Shown here: positions 46,159 through 54,623 of the stretch, piece after piece
Numbering within the stretch: position 1 is the stretch's first letter
Layout: the number at the start of each line of letters is the position of its first letter
IMG/VR virus record: IMGVR_UViG_3300027198_000001
Location: 1-55,908 of that record
Length of the DNA: 55,908 nucleotides
From: a virus
Taxonomy: Duplodnaviria > Caudoviricetes
Reading direction: 5' to 3' (one strand)
Position numbers and translations under genes: made by a program
Notes under the pieces: model-generated
What the model was told of the DNA's origin: nothing
Databases searched by the model: none
What the model saw: the letters and a program-made list of their open reading frames with translations, nothing else

Positions 46159-46342
46159 CGTCGTTCTCTCCCCGAACCCAGTATATAATAGTCATTACAG
46201 CCACCCAAGGCCACATCAGCGAAAACTTGTCAGCGGCATAAGGGTCTTCATTCTCATCCTCTGGCTCTGTAATGGAATACAGTAGTACCACACCTAAGAG
46301 ATACATAAAAGCTGCACCATTTAGAAACATCGCTACATTCAT
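46133..46342 (-). CDS. Small membrane protein
   Basis: Two hydrophobic segments; overlaps neighbouring genes. Confidence 0.6.
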   Translation of the reverse strand: MNVAMFLNGAAFMYLLGVVLLYSITEPEDENEDPYAADKFSLMWPWVAVMTIIYWVRGENDDDDGTSTD

Positions 46343-46578
46343 TTTGTGTCCTTGGGTGTTGCATAGTAAGCGCCTTCTTTACTGCTTAGTGCAGCAAATA
46401 TGTCTAGCACCTGTTGGTATGACATGAAGAGCATCTGATACTCCTCTAAAGAATTGTCAAACTGTCTCATGTAAACAGAGCCATCATCTGCCAGAATTAC
46501 TTCAACGTCTTCAAATTTATCACGCTCGTCTAGTGTAGTAATGATGGAAGCATCAGACTCAAACTCTACGGTAAACAT
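46339..46578 (-). CDS. Hypothetical protein
   Basis: ATG at 46578 coupled to the upstream stop (MFTVEFESDAS...). Confidence 0.65.
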   Translation of the reverse strand: MFTVEFESDASIITTLDERDKFEDVEVILADDGSVYMRQFDNSLEEYQMLFMSYQQVLDIFAALSSKEGAYYATPKDTK

Positions 46579-46769
46579 TAGTGGTACTCCTCTATCTCTT
46601 GTAGCATAGCGTTGACGTATGAATACACGTAATCTTGGTTGTCCCACTTCTTCAGTCTAGCCTTCAATGTAATGAGGTTATCTAAAAGTAAGGAGAGTTT
46701 GTCTTCTGCATTCCATGCTCGTTCAGCCCACTCTTCCTTAGTTGCTACGTCTACTCTGTAGTCACTCAT
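46578..46769 (-). CDS. Hypothetical protein
   Basis: Coupled ORF. Confidence 0.6.
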   Translation of the reverse strand: MSDYRVDVATKEEWAERAWNAEDKLSLLLDNLITLKARLKKWDNQDYVYSYVNAMLQEIEEYH

Positions 46770-47001
46770 AGTCTTTCACTCCGTGTTTCTCAATGTCGCC
46801 TAGCATGTGTTCTAGCATCCACTTGATGTCTTCTTTGTCCTCGCTCTGGATGCTTACGGGTTCTGCAGTGTAGCTATCTGAACTGTAGTAGTAGTAGTTC
46901 TTATGCACTGCATACCAGACCTCATCGTCAGGCTCTGTGTGCTTCATTAGTTGATAGTGCCAACTCATTCCGTTTCTCCATTTGTCTATTAGGATCGTCA
47001 C
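46762..47001 (-). CDS. Hypothetical protein
   Basis: Coupled ORF; SWHYQLMK motif, true start may be internal. Confidence 0.6.
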   Translation of the reverse strand: MTILIDKWRNGMSWHYQLMKHTEPDDEVWYAVHKNYYYYSSDSYTAEPVSIQSEDKEDIKWMLEHMLGDIEKHGVKDYE

Positions 47002-47729
47002 GAATTGCTCATTAGAGCATCCCAGCTTACTGGGAATAGTTCTGACATCTTCTCACTGATCTGGTCAGCTAACACACGGCTCTCATACTGAGTGTCTTCC
47101 TTGCAGCGTAGGCGGCACATGTCAGCAAAGGCATCAAGGCTACCAGACCAGTACCACTCAGTTAGCTGCGAGGTTGGCAACACCATACGTGCCATCTCAG
47201 GGGCGACATCGCTATTAAGCATAGCATTATAAAGGTCTAATGCCCTAGCATTTACATAAGATGACCACCTACTAGGTGTATCACTTACATTATCATACTC
47301 TGTATGGCCCTCAATAGAAAGTTCAGGGTCTGCAACTATCCAGTATAACATGTCCACTACTTCATCACTAGACCCTTGCTTCTTATCCTCACTACGCCCA
47401 CGCCACACGTCAGGAACATAGAACTCAGGCTTATCATCCACGTACCTACGACTGATCTCATTCCATCGCAGGAACTTATGCTTCACTAGCTGACGTGCTA
47501 CGAAGATAGGTGCCTTGACGTGGAAGCTTGCAAAGGCGTGACCGAAGGGGCTGATGTGCTTATGCTTGGCTAGGTAGTTGATGAGCTTGGCATCTCTCTC
47601 AAGTAAGCCTTCTCTTAGTGCAGAGAACTCCCAATCACTCTTCTTACCAAAGGATACTCGTGCTGCGTTAACTACGGACAGGTCACTGCCCATGTGGTCG
47701 ATGTATGTAGCTGTGATCTGGTTAGTCAT
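46998..47729 (-). CDS. thyX: Flavin-dependent thymidylate synthase
   Basis: VVNAARVSF, H.SPF, APIFVARQLVKH...NEISRRY, PEMARMVLP. Confidence 0.93.
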   Translation of the reverse strand: MTNQITATYIDHMGSDLSVVNAARVSFGKKSDWEFSALREGLLERDAKLINYLAKHKHISPFGHAFASFHVKAPIFVARQLVKHKFLRWNEISRRYVDDKPEFYVPDVWRGRSEDKKQGSSDEVVDMLYWIVADPELSIEGHTEYDNVSDTPSRWSSYVNARALDLYNAMLNSDVAPEMARMVLPTSQLTEWYWSGSLDAFADMCRLRCKEDTQYESRVLADQISEKMSELFPVSWDALMSNS

Positions 47730-48258
47730 TCTGTAACTCCTTCATAATTTCTACGTTGACGGGTTTAAGGCCTAGTCCTACCAAGGCTTTGTCATAAGCT
47801 CTTGCTGCTTCTAATTCGCAGGTGAAGGCACCTATGTGAGTTTGTTTGTTTTTAACCATAATATGGACATAAAACTTTTTTCTATCTTTTCTCCAATACA
47901 CACCTTGATAAGGACTGCTCGTCTTCTGACTCTTGTAATAAGCCTGTGTATTCTCTCTGTTGGTGACTAACCGTAAGTTAGTATAGTGGTTGTTAGTCTT
48001 AACACCGTCTATGTGATCCATACAAGAAGTAGGCCATTCACCATACTCAAAGAACCAAACAACGTGGTGCGCCCTATGGACGAGATGTTTATTATTAAGG
48101 TATGATACAACATACTGATAACCCTTATTTGTTAACCCTAAAGCAGGTTTACCCATTCTATTGTTAAATACCTGACCCTTATCTCTGTCGTATGTGTAGT
48201 TAGCCATTAGATGATCTAACAATTCTTGGCTAGGTTTCTTAGGTATATGGTATGACAT
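47722..48258 (-). CDS. HNH homing endonuclease with AP2-like DNA-binding domain
   Basis: AHHVVW...MDHIDGVKTNN...NLR...N; SPYQGVYW...GAF..E.EAARAYD. Confidence 0.88.
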   Translation of the reverse strand: MSYHIPKKPSQELLDHLMANYTYDRDKGQVFNNRMGKPALGLTNKGYQYVVSYLNNKHLVHRAHHVVWFFEYGEWPTSCMDHIDGVKTNNHYTNLRLVTNRENTQAYYKSQKTSSPYQGVYWRKDRKKFYVHIMVKNKQTHIGAFTCELEAARAYDKALVGLGLKPVNVEIMKELQND

Positions 48259-49039
48259 CTGTTATCCTCTTCAGTCTCTCCATGTCATCGTCTAAGCGAT
48301 ACTTGATATCATCGTCAAGCCTAAATGCCGTAGCTTTAGCGCCTGTCCATAGGTTGATCTCTCTGCTGAACTGCAAGGTCTTGTGTGCTGCATCTGGATC
48401 TAGTGCCACGATAACTTTGCTATACTCACCAATCTTAGCCATGTGGTTAGGCGTCAGGGATGTCCCCAGGATTGCCATAGCTGTAACATTTGGCAACTCT
48501 TGGTGGGCCACTATAGCTGACACACAATCCTCTACCACAACGATGGTGCTACCCGATCCCACAAGGTAATAGTCTGCCTTGCCTGAGTAGCGATACCACT
48601 TAGGTATCTTACCACCTACAGCCCTGCCATTAGCGTCGATGATGCGGCCCTTGAAGTGGATGGGGAACACAACACGTTCATCCTTCACGTCATACATCAG
48701 GCCTCTTGAGGCGATACCCCAGCGGCTAACAAACCTGTGAAACTTATCATGCTCTGCGCTGGGCTGCACAACATACTCAGGTATCTCCATAGTCTCTACC
48801 TCCTTGGCCTTAGCTTTGGGCCGCTTCTTCAGTAAGTGCTGCACTTCTATGGCTGTAAGGTTGCCGTGATAAAAGCCCTTGGCTGAACAGTCTAGCTTGT
48901 AGCAGTTATACTTGATCTCACCCATCTCTTTGGTGATCGTGAAGGTGTTCTTAGCAAAGCAAGATGGACAGTTCATGCGGCGGCTCTCGCCATCCTTGAT
49001 CTCTACTGTCTCTACATATCTACGAATGCTCATCTTCAT
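48239..49039 (-). CDS. DNA primase (Zn finger + TOPRIM)
   Basis: CPSC...CYKLDC; VVVEDCVSA; VALDPDA. Confidence 0.88.
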   Translation of the reverse strand: MKMSIRRYVETVEIKDGESRRMNCPSCFAKNTFTITKEMGEIKYNCYKLDCSAKGFYHGNLTAIEVQHLLKKRPKAKAKEVETMEIPEYVVQPSAEHDKFHRFVSRWGIASRGLMYDVKDERVVFPIHFKGRIIDANGRAVGGKIPKWYRYSGKADYYLVGSGSTIVVVEDCVSAIVAHQELPNVTAMAILGTSLTPNHMAKIGEYSKVIVALDPDAAHKTLQFSREINLWTGAKATAFRLDDDIKYRLDDDMERLKRITDVIPYT

Positions 49040-49376
49040 TCACCCCCTGCATGTAACTACACTCTTTAATGTTAAAGAACTGCCAACAAACTCTATAGTC
49101 TATACTATACCACTCACCCCTTATTCTCTTTTTAGCAAGCTTTTCATGTATTTCTTTTTCTATACCTCTTGCATCTTTCTCAGACCAAGGCCCAAAGAAG
49201 GTATGTAGAATTATACGTTTGCTATTAGCACACTGTAATGCCTCTCTCCTCTTAAACGGGTCTCTACTTATTCCTATCTTTGTTATAACATCTTCTCCGT
49301 CAGGAGACATGAAGTAAACATAACAACCTTTTGGGTGTCGGAGATAGAGGTTATAGCTACGAATGCTCATCTTCAT
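49020..49376 (-). CDS. GIY-YIG superfamily (T5orf172-like) protein
   Basis: CYVYFM...KIGISRDP.KR...LQ.AN...EKEIH......RGEWY; start at 49376. Confidence 0.85.
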   Translation of the reverse strand: MKMSIRSYNLYLRHPKGCYVYFMSPDGEDVITKIGISRDPFKRREALQCANSKRIILHTFFGPWSEKDARGIEKEIHEKLAKKRIRGEWYSIDYRVCWQFFNIKECSYMQGVNEDEHS

Positions 49377-49377
49377 T
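49020..49377. repeat. 21-bp direct repeat flanking the T5orf172-like gene
   Basis: CTACGAATGCTCATCTTCATT at 49020-49040 and 49357-49377. Confidence 0.9.
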
Positions 49378-50277
49378 ACCTCTTGCTGATAGTGCCTTAG
49401 ACGCACCGCTGAATGTGTTGACCATGTATGGGGCCAGTGATGTCGGACTAGCATGTCCCGTCACCTGCATAATACCAACTAAGTCTACACCTGCTTCCAT
49501 CATTTCTGTCACTGCTGTGCGTCTCAAATCCATAGCTGTAAGTTCACGTGATAGATTAGCTTCGTCCAATACTGCATTGATATTGTTAGATATTTCATTA
49601 ATCAGGTAAGGTCTGATCAAGCCCTTGTTGATAGAAATCTTAGGCGCAACAAAATCCTGGAACCCGAACTCCTCTTTTTGTGTGCGTAACATTTGGCATA
49701 GGTTCTGACTGATAGGTAGATGCACATCAGCACCTCGCTTAGATTGTGTCAAGTCCATGCGGCACTGATCAAGGTCTAGGCTTTCCCACTTCAGCATCCT
49801 CATGTCACCTACTCGCTGGCCCCAGTCATATGACATATGAACCAGCAACCCTAAGCTTCGATATTCCCACTTGCTATATGCAACGGTCAGGAAAGATTTG
49901 ATGTCTGACCTCTCCCACTTAACCTTACGTGGCTTAGTGGCGATAGTCTTGATAACAGCTACAGGGTTATGGATCATGATATCCTTGGTCATGCCATAGC
50001 GCCAAGCTACTGACAGTGCTGACTTTGTGTAGTTAGCTTGGCGTATACCATAGGATGCCACCCATTTCTCGTAGGCTGTAGCTAACATCCCAGCGGTCAG
50101 GTCACAGATACGGATGTTAGCAAGCTTAGTCTTGTGCTTGACTGTTGTCTGCATAGCCTTAGTCAGGCATCGCTCATACTCTAGCTGTGTCTTGCCTGTG
50201 ACCCGCAGGTAAGCAGGGCTGGCATAGTAAAACTCAATTAGCTTTTCTATCTTTGCTGTGCTTTTGGGTATCTTCAT
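49357..50277 (-). CDS. int: Tyrosine integrase/recombinase
   Basis: GQRVGD (R), QSKRG (K), MDLRRT, TGH...LAPY catalytic residues. Confidence 0.88.
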   Translation of the reverse strand: MKIPKSTAKIEKLIEFYYASPAYLRVTGKTQLEYERCLTKAMQTTVKHKTKLANIRICDLTAGMLATAYEKWVASYGIRQANYTKSALSVAWRYGMTKDIMIHNPVAVIKTIATKPRKVKWERSDIKSFLTVAYSKWEYRSLGLLVHMSYDWGQRVGDMRMLKWESLDLDQCRMDLTQSKRGADVHLPISQNLCQMLRTQKEEFGFQDFVAPKISINKGLIRPYLINEISNNINAVLDEANLSRELTAMDLRRTAVTEMMEAGVDLVGIMQVTGHASPTSLAPYMVNTFSGASKALSARGNEDEHS

Positions 50278-50446
50278 CTGTCTCCCTCTCCTTCTTTGGC
50301 GTCACTGGTAGCCTACCAACCCAAGATGTTACGTCATCAATGGGATCGTCGCTTCTTTGATTGTTCATACTCCAGTTCCTTCTTAGCAAATGCAATAGAT
50401 TTACATAGCCCAACAAGATAAAACACGCAGATAGCGGCTGGCAAGA

Positions 50447-50614
50447 TTACCATAGTGCTGCCCCCTCTTGCAAGTGTTCTAGCTCTGACAGTTGATCTGA
50501 CAGAATGTCGATGCTGGCGTCAGTATCTGTATCCCACTCCATATTCTCTACTGTCTTCATCAGGTCTCTGTCAAATGATCCTACAGGGACGTTGCTGGTT
50601 CTGTTGCGGCTCAT
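50447..50614 (-). CDS. Hypothetical protein
   Basis: ATG at 50614 after RBS GGAGG. Confidence 0.55.
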   Translation of the reverse strand: MSRNRTSNVPVGSFDRDLMKTVENMEWDTDTDASIDILSDQLSELEHLQEGAALW

Positions 50615-50618
50615 AGTC

Positions 50619-50834
50619 TTACGCCTCCTCTTGTAGTGTGTATCGCACATAGCGCTGGCCTGTGACGGGGTGTCGTTTAAGCGTAGACAGGATGTTATAG
50701 CCCAGCGCACGAAGTTCATGAATACGCTTGGTAAGGCTGCTAATGCTGTATTCAATCATCGCCTCTCTCACCGTAATACCTTTACATGTGCGGAGGTGCT
50801 GGAGGATCTTCTTGTGTTGTGTTTTAGTTTGCAT
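50619..50834 (-). CDS. Winged helix-turn-helix protein
   Basis: Q...IL.HL....IT..EA...Y.I..L..RI.ELR..GYNI; ATG at 50834. Confidence 0.75.
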   Translation of the reverse strand: MQTKTQHKKILQHLRTCKGITVREAMIEYSISSLTKRIHELRALGYNILSTLKRHPVTGQRYVRYTLQEEA

Positions 50835-51567
50835 TGTGCATCTCCATTGTTTTGTTTGCTTCATATACCGCAATGGCAAAGCCACGAGGTGTTGCTGATC
50901 GTATGTCTTTGGTGCGCTGGCTCTTACCGCCCAGCTTCATCATCGCTGTGCTGTAACCATTACCGTGATAGGCCTCTGGGTCAACACTAATCTTGTATGG
51001 CATCACAAAGCCGCCACCTGTCCAGAGACATGTGTGCTTTTTGTATGCATCCTTGGCTGCGATGTATTCGGGCCAGCGTGGATGCTCTGATTGATCGTAA
51101 GGAATGTAACCACCATATTCATAAGGGTGGAACTTATGGTCAGGCTTGCGCCACTGGGTAGCCAATACAGAGATAGGGTTTTCGATGAAGTATGGCACAC
51201 CCAACATATCAAAGAAGGTTGCACACATCACAGCATAGTTGACAGCCTTGATCTGAAAGTCTGGGTCAGCCTCAGCTTTCTTCTTAAACCATGCAGCACC
51301 AGACACAGCCATGTCGGTGCATACTGGGAAGGCCATACAGAACACGACATTATGTTGTCGCCATATATCGTAGAGCATTTCCAAGGTAGTATGTTTGTGC
51401 AGGTCGGCATGAAGGTAGCTTATACTGCCTGTGCCATGCTCTTCATACCGCTCTACCAATGGCTCGTGCTGGATGTCGAAGGCATAGCAGGTATAGCCAG
51501 CCTCTGCCCAAGGCTTCAGTGCCTCGCCTGTGAAGTCGTATAAGCTTAACACGATACCCTTGGTCAT
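50824..51567 (-). CDS. Phage DNA cytosine-5 methyltransferase-like protein
   Basis: VLSLYD.TG, FPVCTD (motif IV variant), IENP, YKKHTCLW, RSATP.GFA. Confidence 0.75.
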   Translation of the reverse strand: MTKGIVLSLYDFTGEALKPWAEAGYTCYAFDIQHEPLVERYEEHGTGSISYLHADLHKHTTLEMLYDIWRQHNVVFCMAFPVCTDMAVSGAAWFKKKAEADPDFQIKAVNYAVMCATFFDMLGVPYFIENPISVLATQWRKPDHKFHPYEYGGYIPYDQSEHPRWPEYIAAKDAYKKHTCLWTGGGFVMPYKISVDPEAYHGNGYSTAMMKLGGKSQRTKDIRSATPRGFAIAVYEANKTMEMHNAN

Positions 51568-51716
51568 AACACCATCCCTTCGCTGTAATATTCAATAAAG
51601 GGGCTATAGATTTGAACACCACAGCCCGTTTCATCACACCACAAAACCAGCAAACCACTGGATGCAGCAACATACATTATAAGGCCAATCAAGGCTAGTT
51701 TTGTTGGGGTATTCAT
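51564..51716 (-). CDS. Small membrane protein (50 aa, not in ORF track)
   Basis: MNTPTKLALIGLIMYVAASSGLLVLW...; ATGA overlap with the MTase gene. Confidence 0.5.
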   Translation of the reverse strand: MNTPTKLALIGLIMYVAASSGLLVLWCDETGCGVQIYSPFIEYYSEGMVL

Positions 51717-51735
51717 ATCTCTCTATCTCCTCTGT

Positions 51736-52050
51736 TTAGTGGCTGCTTGCTTCTGATACACTGCAAGCCGTGCCAACTTGTGTTGCTGTTGCACTTAGCA
51801 TTGATGTGCCGCAAAGGCACAGGCCAGTTAGTCTACGATCTGCACCGATACTCCACTCGCATTCACCAAGCAAGGTTGATCTGTAATAGCGTGACACAAA
51901 CCAAGGCCTGTCATCTGCCATCACATAAAATTCAACCAGCGGGTCTGGCTCTTTGTGTCGGAGGCAATCATTTAAGCCATACTTATCGCCCTGCCTGATC
52001 TGCTTGGCATACAGGTGGTCACCTTCATTGTTTAAGCCGAGGTCAATCAT
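51736..52050 (-). CDS. Hypothetical early protein
   Basis: GDKYGLNDCL...PLVEFY...FVSRYY..TL motif; RBS AAGGA. Confidence 0.7.
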   Translation of the reverse strand: MIDLGLNNEGDHLYAKQIRQGDKYGLNDCLRHKEPDPLVEFYVMADDRPWFVSRYYRSTLLGECEWSIGADRRLTGLCLCGTSMLSATATQVGTACSVSEASSH

Positions 52051-52218
52051 TATACAAATCCTTCAGTTTAGCTAACACCTTCGCCCTCTGTAAAAAGAAA
52101 TGCATATACTCAACATCTGATAGTGAACTTTCATCTAATGCATCCCAAGTGGACAGTGAGATGCTATCCTCAACCAATCCCCTGATGCATTTCAGTTCTT
52201 CCGTTGTAAAGTTCATCG

Positions 52219-52386
52219 TCATAGTTCCACCTCTTTTATGTCTGTCTCACTGTCGCAATCCATACAATATGCTTGATCATATGTGCTTTGTAGCTCCCAT
52301 CGTTGGCCTAAAACATCGAATGCTGCGACAGCGTCAACACATACGTCCTCACTATTACATGCCTTGCATATATACTTAACGGCCAT
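52219..52386 (-). CDS. Small zinc-ribbon protein
   Basis: CKACNS...YCMDC; ATG after RBS GGAGGA. Confidence 0.65.
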   Translation of the reverse strand: MAVKYICKACNSEDVCVDAVAAFDVLGQRWELQSTYDQAYCMDCDSETDIKEVEL

Positions 52387-52387
52387 A

Positions 52388-52603
52388 TCAAATGTCCTCC
52401 TGTTCAACGATATACTTATCTATAAAAGCAAATCCCGCTTCATTACCTTCCTCGTCACTGGACAGGATAATGTCTAAATGATTGCCGTCTGCATCTTGTA
52501 GCGAAAACACAGGGAATGTCGCACCATCCCACTCATCTTCTTCAAAGCGGAACGCTGTAATCTTGTAGCCAATTAGTTGGCTGTAGTAGTTGTGCATATT
52601 CAT
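52388..52603 (-). CDS. Hypothetical acidic early protein
   Basis: LSSDEEGNEAGF motif. Confidence 0.65.
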   Translation of the reverse strand: MNMHNYYSQLIGYKITAFRFEEDEWDGATFPVFSLQDADGNHLDIILSSDEEGNEAGFAFIDKYIVEQEDI

Positions 52604-52608
52604 CTGTT

Positions 52609-52872
52609 TTAAACCTCAAAGTATTTGCGTAGGTAGGAGTGGCATGTGCCATGATTATGTTGCTGGTAGTGTTCAGATGCAAGTTCTAGCATAGTCTCAC
52701 GATGTGTAAGCACATCAATGGATACACTTTCATCCTGTGCGTCTTCGGTCACCATACTTGAGCAATCATCTAGGATGCTACTCAGGGCGGCACGGCTCAC
52801 GTTCTGCGCTGGGCCTTCGAGTGCTGTGCGGATAAAGTCATCTTGGATTTGTGCGTATGTCATATGTATCAC
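52609..52872 (-). CDS. Hypothetical early protein
   Basis: ORF in the early gene string. Confidence 0.55.
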   Translation of the reverse strand: MIHMTYAQIQDDFIRTALEGPAQNVSRAALSSILDDCSSMVTEDAQDESVSIDVLTHRETMLELASEHYQQHNHGTCHSYLRKYFEV

Positions 52873-52876
52873 CGTA

Positions 52877-53011
52877 TTAGTTAAAGATTAAAGGAAGGAA
52901 CAACATGCCGTAGCCAATGCCGAACAGGCAAGCCACGCCTAGGATGTCCTGCGCCCACCACATGATGCGCTGGTTGCGGTCTTTGCGTTTGCGTATCTCT
53001 CTGCGTGTCAT
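52877..53011 (-). CDS. Small membrane protein (44 aa, not in ORF track)
   Basis: MTRREIRKRK...DILGVACLFGIGYGMLFLP; ATGA overlap. Confidence 0.55.
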   Translation of the reverse strand: MTRREIRKRKDRNQRIMWWAQDILGVACLFGIGYGMLFLPLIFN

Positions 53012-53223
53012 AGGTCTTCCCCTTCTTCTTCGCCGACATTCATTAGCATCCAGTCACAAGCGTATTCCATTGCGTCATGCCTATTGTCAAAGCCGTAGCA
53101 AGTGAAGCACTCAATATCTACCCACTGCCCCCCTACAGGGATTTGAATGTTAAAGGTGGCTGATCCATTCCACTCAATACGGTAATGGTTGCCGTCGATG
53201 TGTTCAATTTCAAGGTATTCCAT
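53008..53223 (-). CDS. Hypothetical early protein
   Basis: Preceded by the shared ATAAGACACATG leader. Confidence 0.65.
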   Translation of the reverse strand: MEYLEIEHIDGNHYRIEWNGSATFNIQIPVGGQWVDIECFTCYGFDNRHDAMEYACDWMLMNVGEEEGEDL

Positions 53224-53228
53224 GTGTC

Positions 53229-53549
53229 TTATTTCCCGTAATATTCTTGCATTTCAGCATTAGACCAATTGTCTGGCGGTGTCGGCACAGTCGCTTGCAC
53301 CTGATCCAGTTCGTCAGCGTGAGGCCAATGGTCAAGGTCGAGTGTCAGGCACACCTGAGCGGCCCCATGATCGAAGACTGTGTGTCTGTCGTATTGGACG
53401 GGTGCTGTCCCTCCTGACTTTCGCATCAAGTCTTGGAAACAGCCCTCTGTGATCTCAACTGTGTCGATGTGATCCCCTGAGAAATCGCTGTCGATGATAT
53501 CAATATATGCGACAGCAAAGAAGCGGATTGGTGTGTCTGTGGTATTCAT
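53229..53549 (-). CDS. Hypothetical acidic early protein
   Basis: Coupled ORF. Confidence 0.65.
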   Translation of the reverse strand: MNTTDTPIRFFAVAYIDIIDSDFSGDHIDTVEITEGCFQDLMRKSGGTAPVQYDRHTVFDHGAAQVCLTLDLDHWPHADELDQVQATVPTPPDNWSNAEMQEYYGK

Positions 53550-53689
53550 AGGTCTGCCCCTTCCATATCTTCAATGTTATTGAACTTAATATAGAGAGTG
53601 CCGTCTCCAAAGTCTTCTACAAGCTCCCAGTCACTATTGCCTTTTTCAATAATAGTGTCTAGCCAATCAAAAAAGTCTTCACGTTCCAT
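53546..53689 (-). CDS. Small acidic protein (47 aa, not in ORF track)
   Basis: MEREDFFDWLD...; leader AAGGATAAGACACATG. Confidence 0.6.
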   Translation of the reverse strand: MEREDFFDWLDTIIEKGNSDWELVEDFGDGTLYIKFNNIEDMEGADL

Positions 53690-54123
53690 GTGTCTTATCC
53701 TTCCATCAATACTTGTTTCACGTCTGCCTTGCTACGACCAGACAAGGCACAAACCTCATGCAGCGTGGCGTTCCAGTGTGTGTCGAAATAGTCCCGCACC
53801 ATGTCATCTGTCCATTTAGCAAACATCTGTTCTACTCCCTATCTGCGGTGTGGTCAAAGTGGCAATCTTCTACTGAAAAAGGTGTTACGTCATAAGCCAA
53901 GGCAATGCCAGCAAGCTTAGCTTGATCTCGCCCTACTGCTTGCCATGCGCAATAGGCCTCCCATATGCGGTTTTCGTATGTCATGCGTCTAATCCCTTCA
54001 TAGGCTTATATTTCTGCGTCACACAAAAGCTTAGGCATAGCTTGCCGATCTTGATGAAGCGGATGCCGCCTACCTTTTGTGTTGATACGTTAAAGAATTG
54101 CATTCGATTATCCTCACCGATTG

Positions 54124-54252
54124 TTAAGAGTTGAAGTATACCTGCGCACAAAAGAGAGTGAAGCAGATGAGCGCACCGATACCAATCTGAATGGCCTCAA
54201 CTGTGTCTTGGTGGCGAAGCTGACGTTGGCGGGCTTTCTGGCGTTGTGTCAT
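54124..54252 (-). CDS. Small membrane protein (42 aa, not in ORF track)
   Basis: MTQRQKARQRQ...IGIGALICFTLF; leader AAGGATAAGACACATG. Confidence 0.55.
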   Translation of the reverse strand: MTQRQKARQRQLRHQDTVEAIQIGIGALICFTLFCAQVYFNS

Positions 54253-54331
54253 GTGTCTTATCCTTTGTTGTGATACATCCCCGGAGCCGAGATACAATCC
54301 TGGCGTTGGGATCTTAGGGTTTTGTTTTGCA

Positions 54332-54623
54332 CCTTAATGATACAGCCCCGCAAGGCTGCACTGTTAAAGCTTTGACTTGATTTCATCCATTGCCCTTTGA
54401 AGGCATTCGATAGCACGCAAAGGCATTTCCAAGTGGCACGATATCAATGCGGTCAATATCTGATCCGCTACAGGGTCAACCATTCTGTCGCAATCATCAT
54501 TCCACGCCATAGAATTGCGCAGGGCTTGCATAATCTTTAGTTCTTTACTTGCCATTGGGTCATGTCCTTTGTTGTGTTGTTGCCTTAATGATGCAGCCCC
54601 GCAAGGCTGCACTGTTAAAGCTT
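54332..54623. repeat. 41-bp direct repeat forming hairpins (RNase III-like sites)
   Basis: CCTTAATGAT(A/G)CAGCCCCGCAAGGCTGCACTGTTAAAGCTT at 54332-54372 and 54583-54623. Confidence 0.9.
54364..54555 (-). CDS. Hypothetical early protein
   Basis: MASKELK...; RBS AAAGGA; bracketed by the 41-bp repeats. Confidence 0.6.
   Translation of the reverse strand: MASKELKIMQALRNSMAWNDDCDRMVDPVADQILTALISCHLEMPLRAIECLQRAMDEIKSKL

Noticed and set aside
47722-48258. Target-site duplication around the HNH-AP2 gene
   Set aside because: Only loose RBS-like similarity at the two junctions and no exact repeat; an ordinary free-standing homing endonuclease
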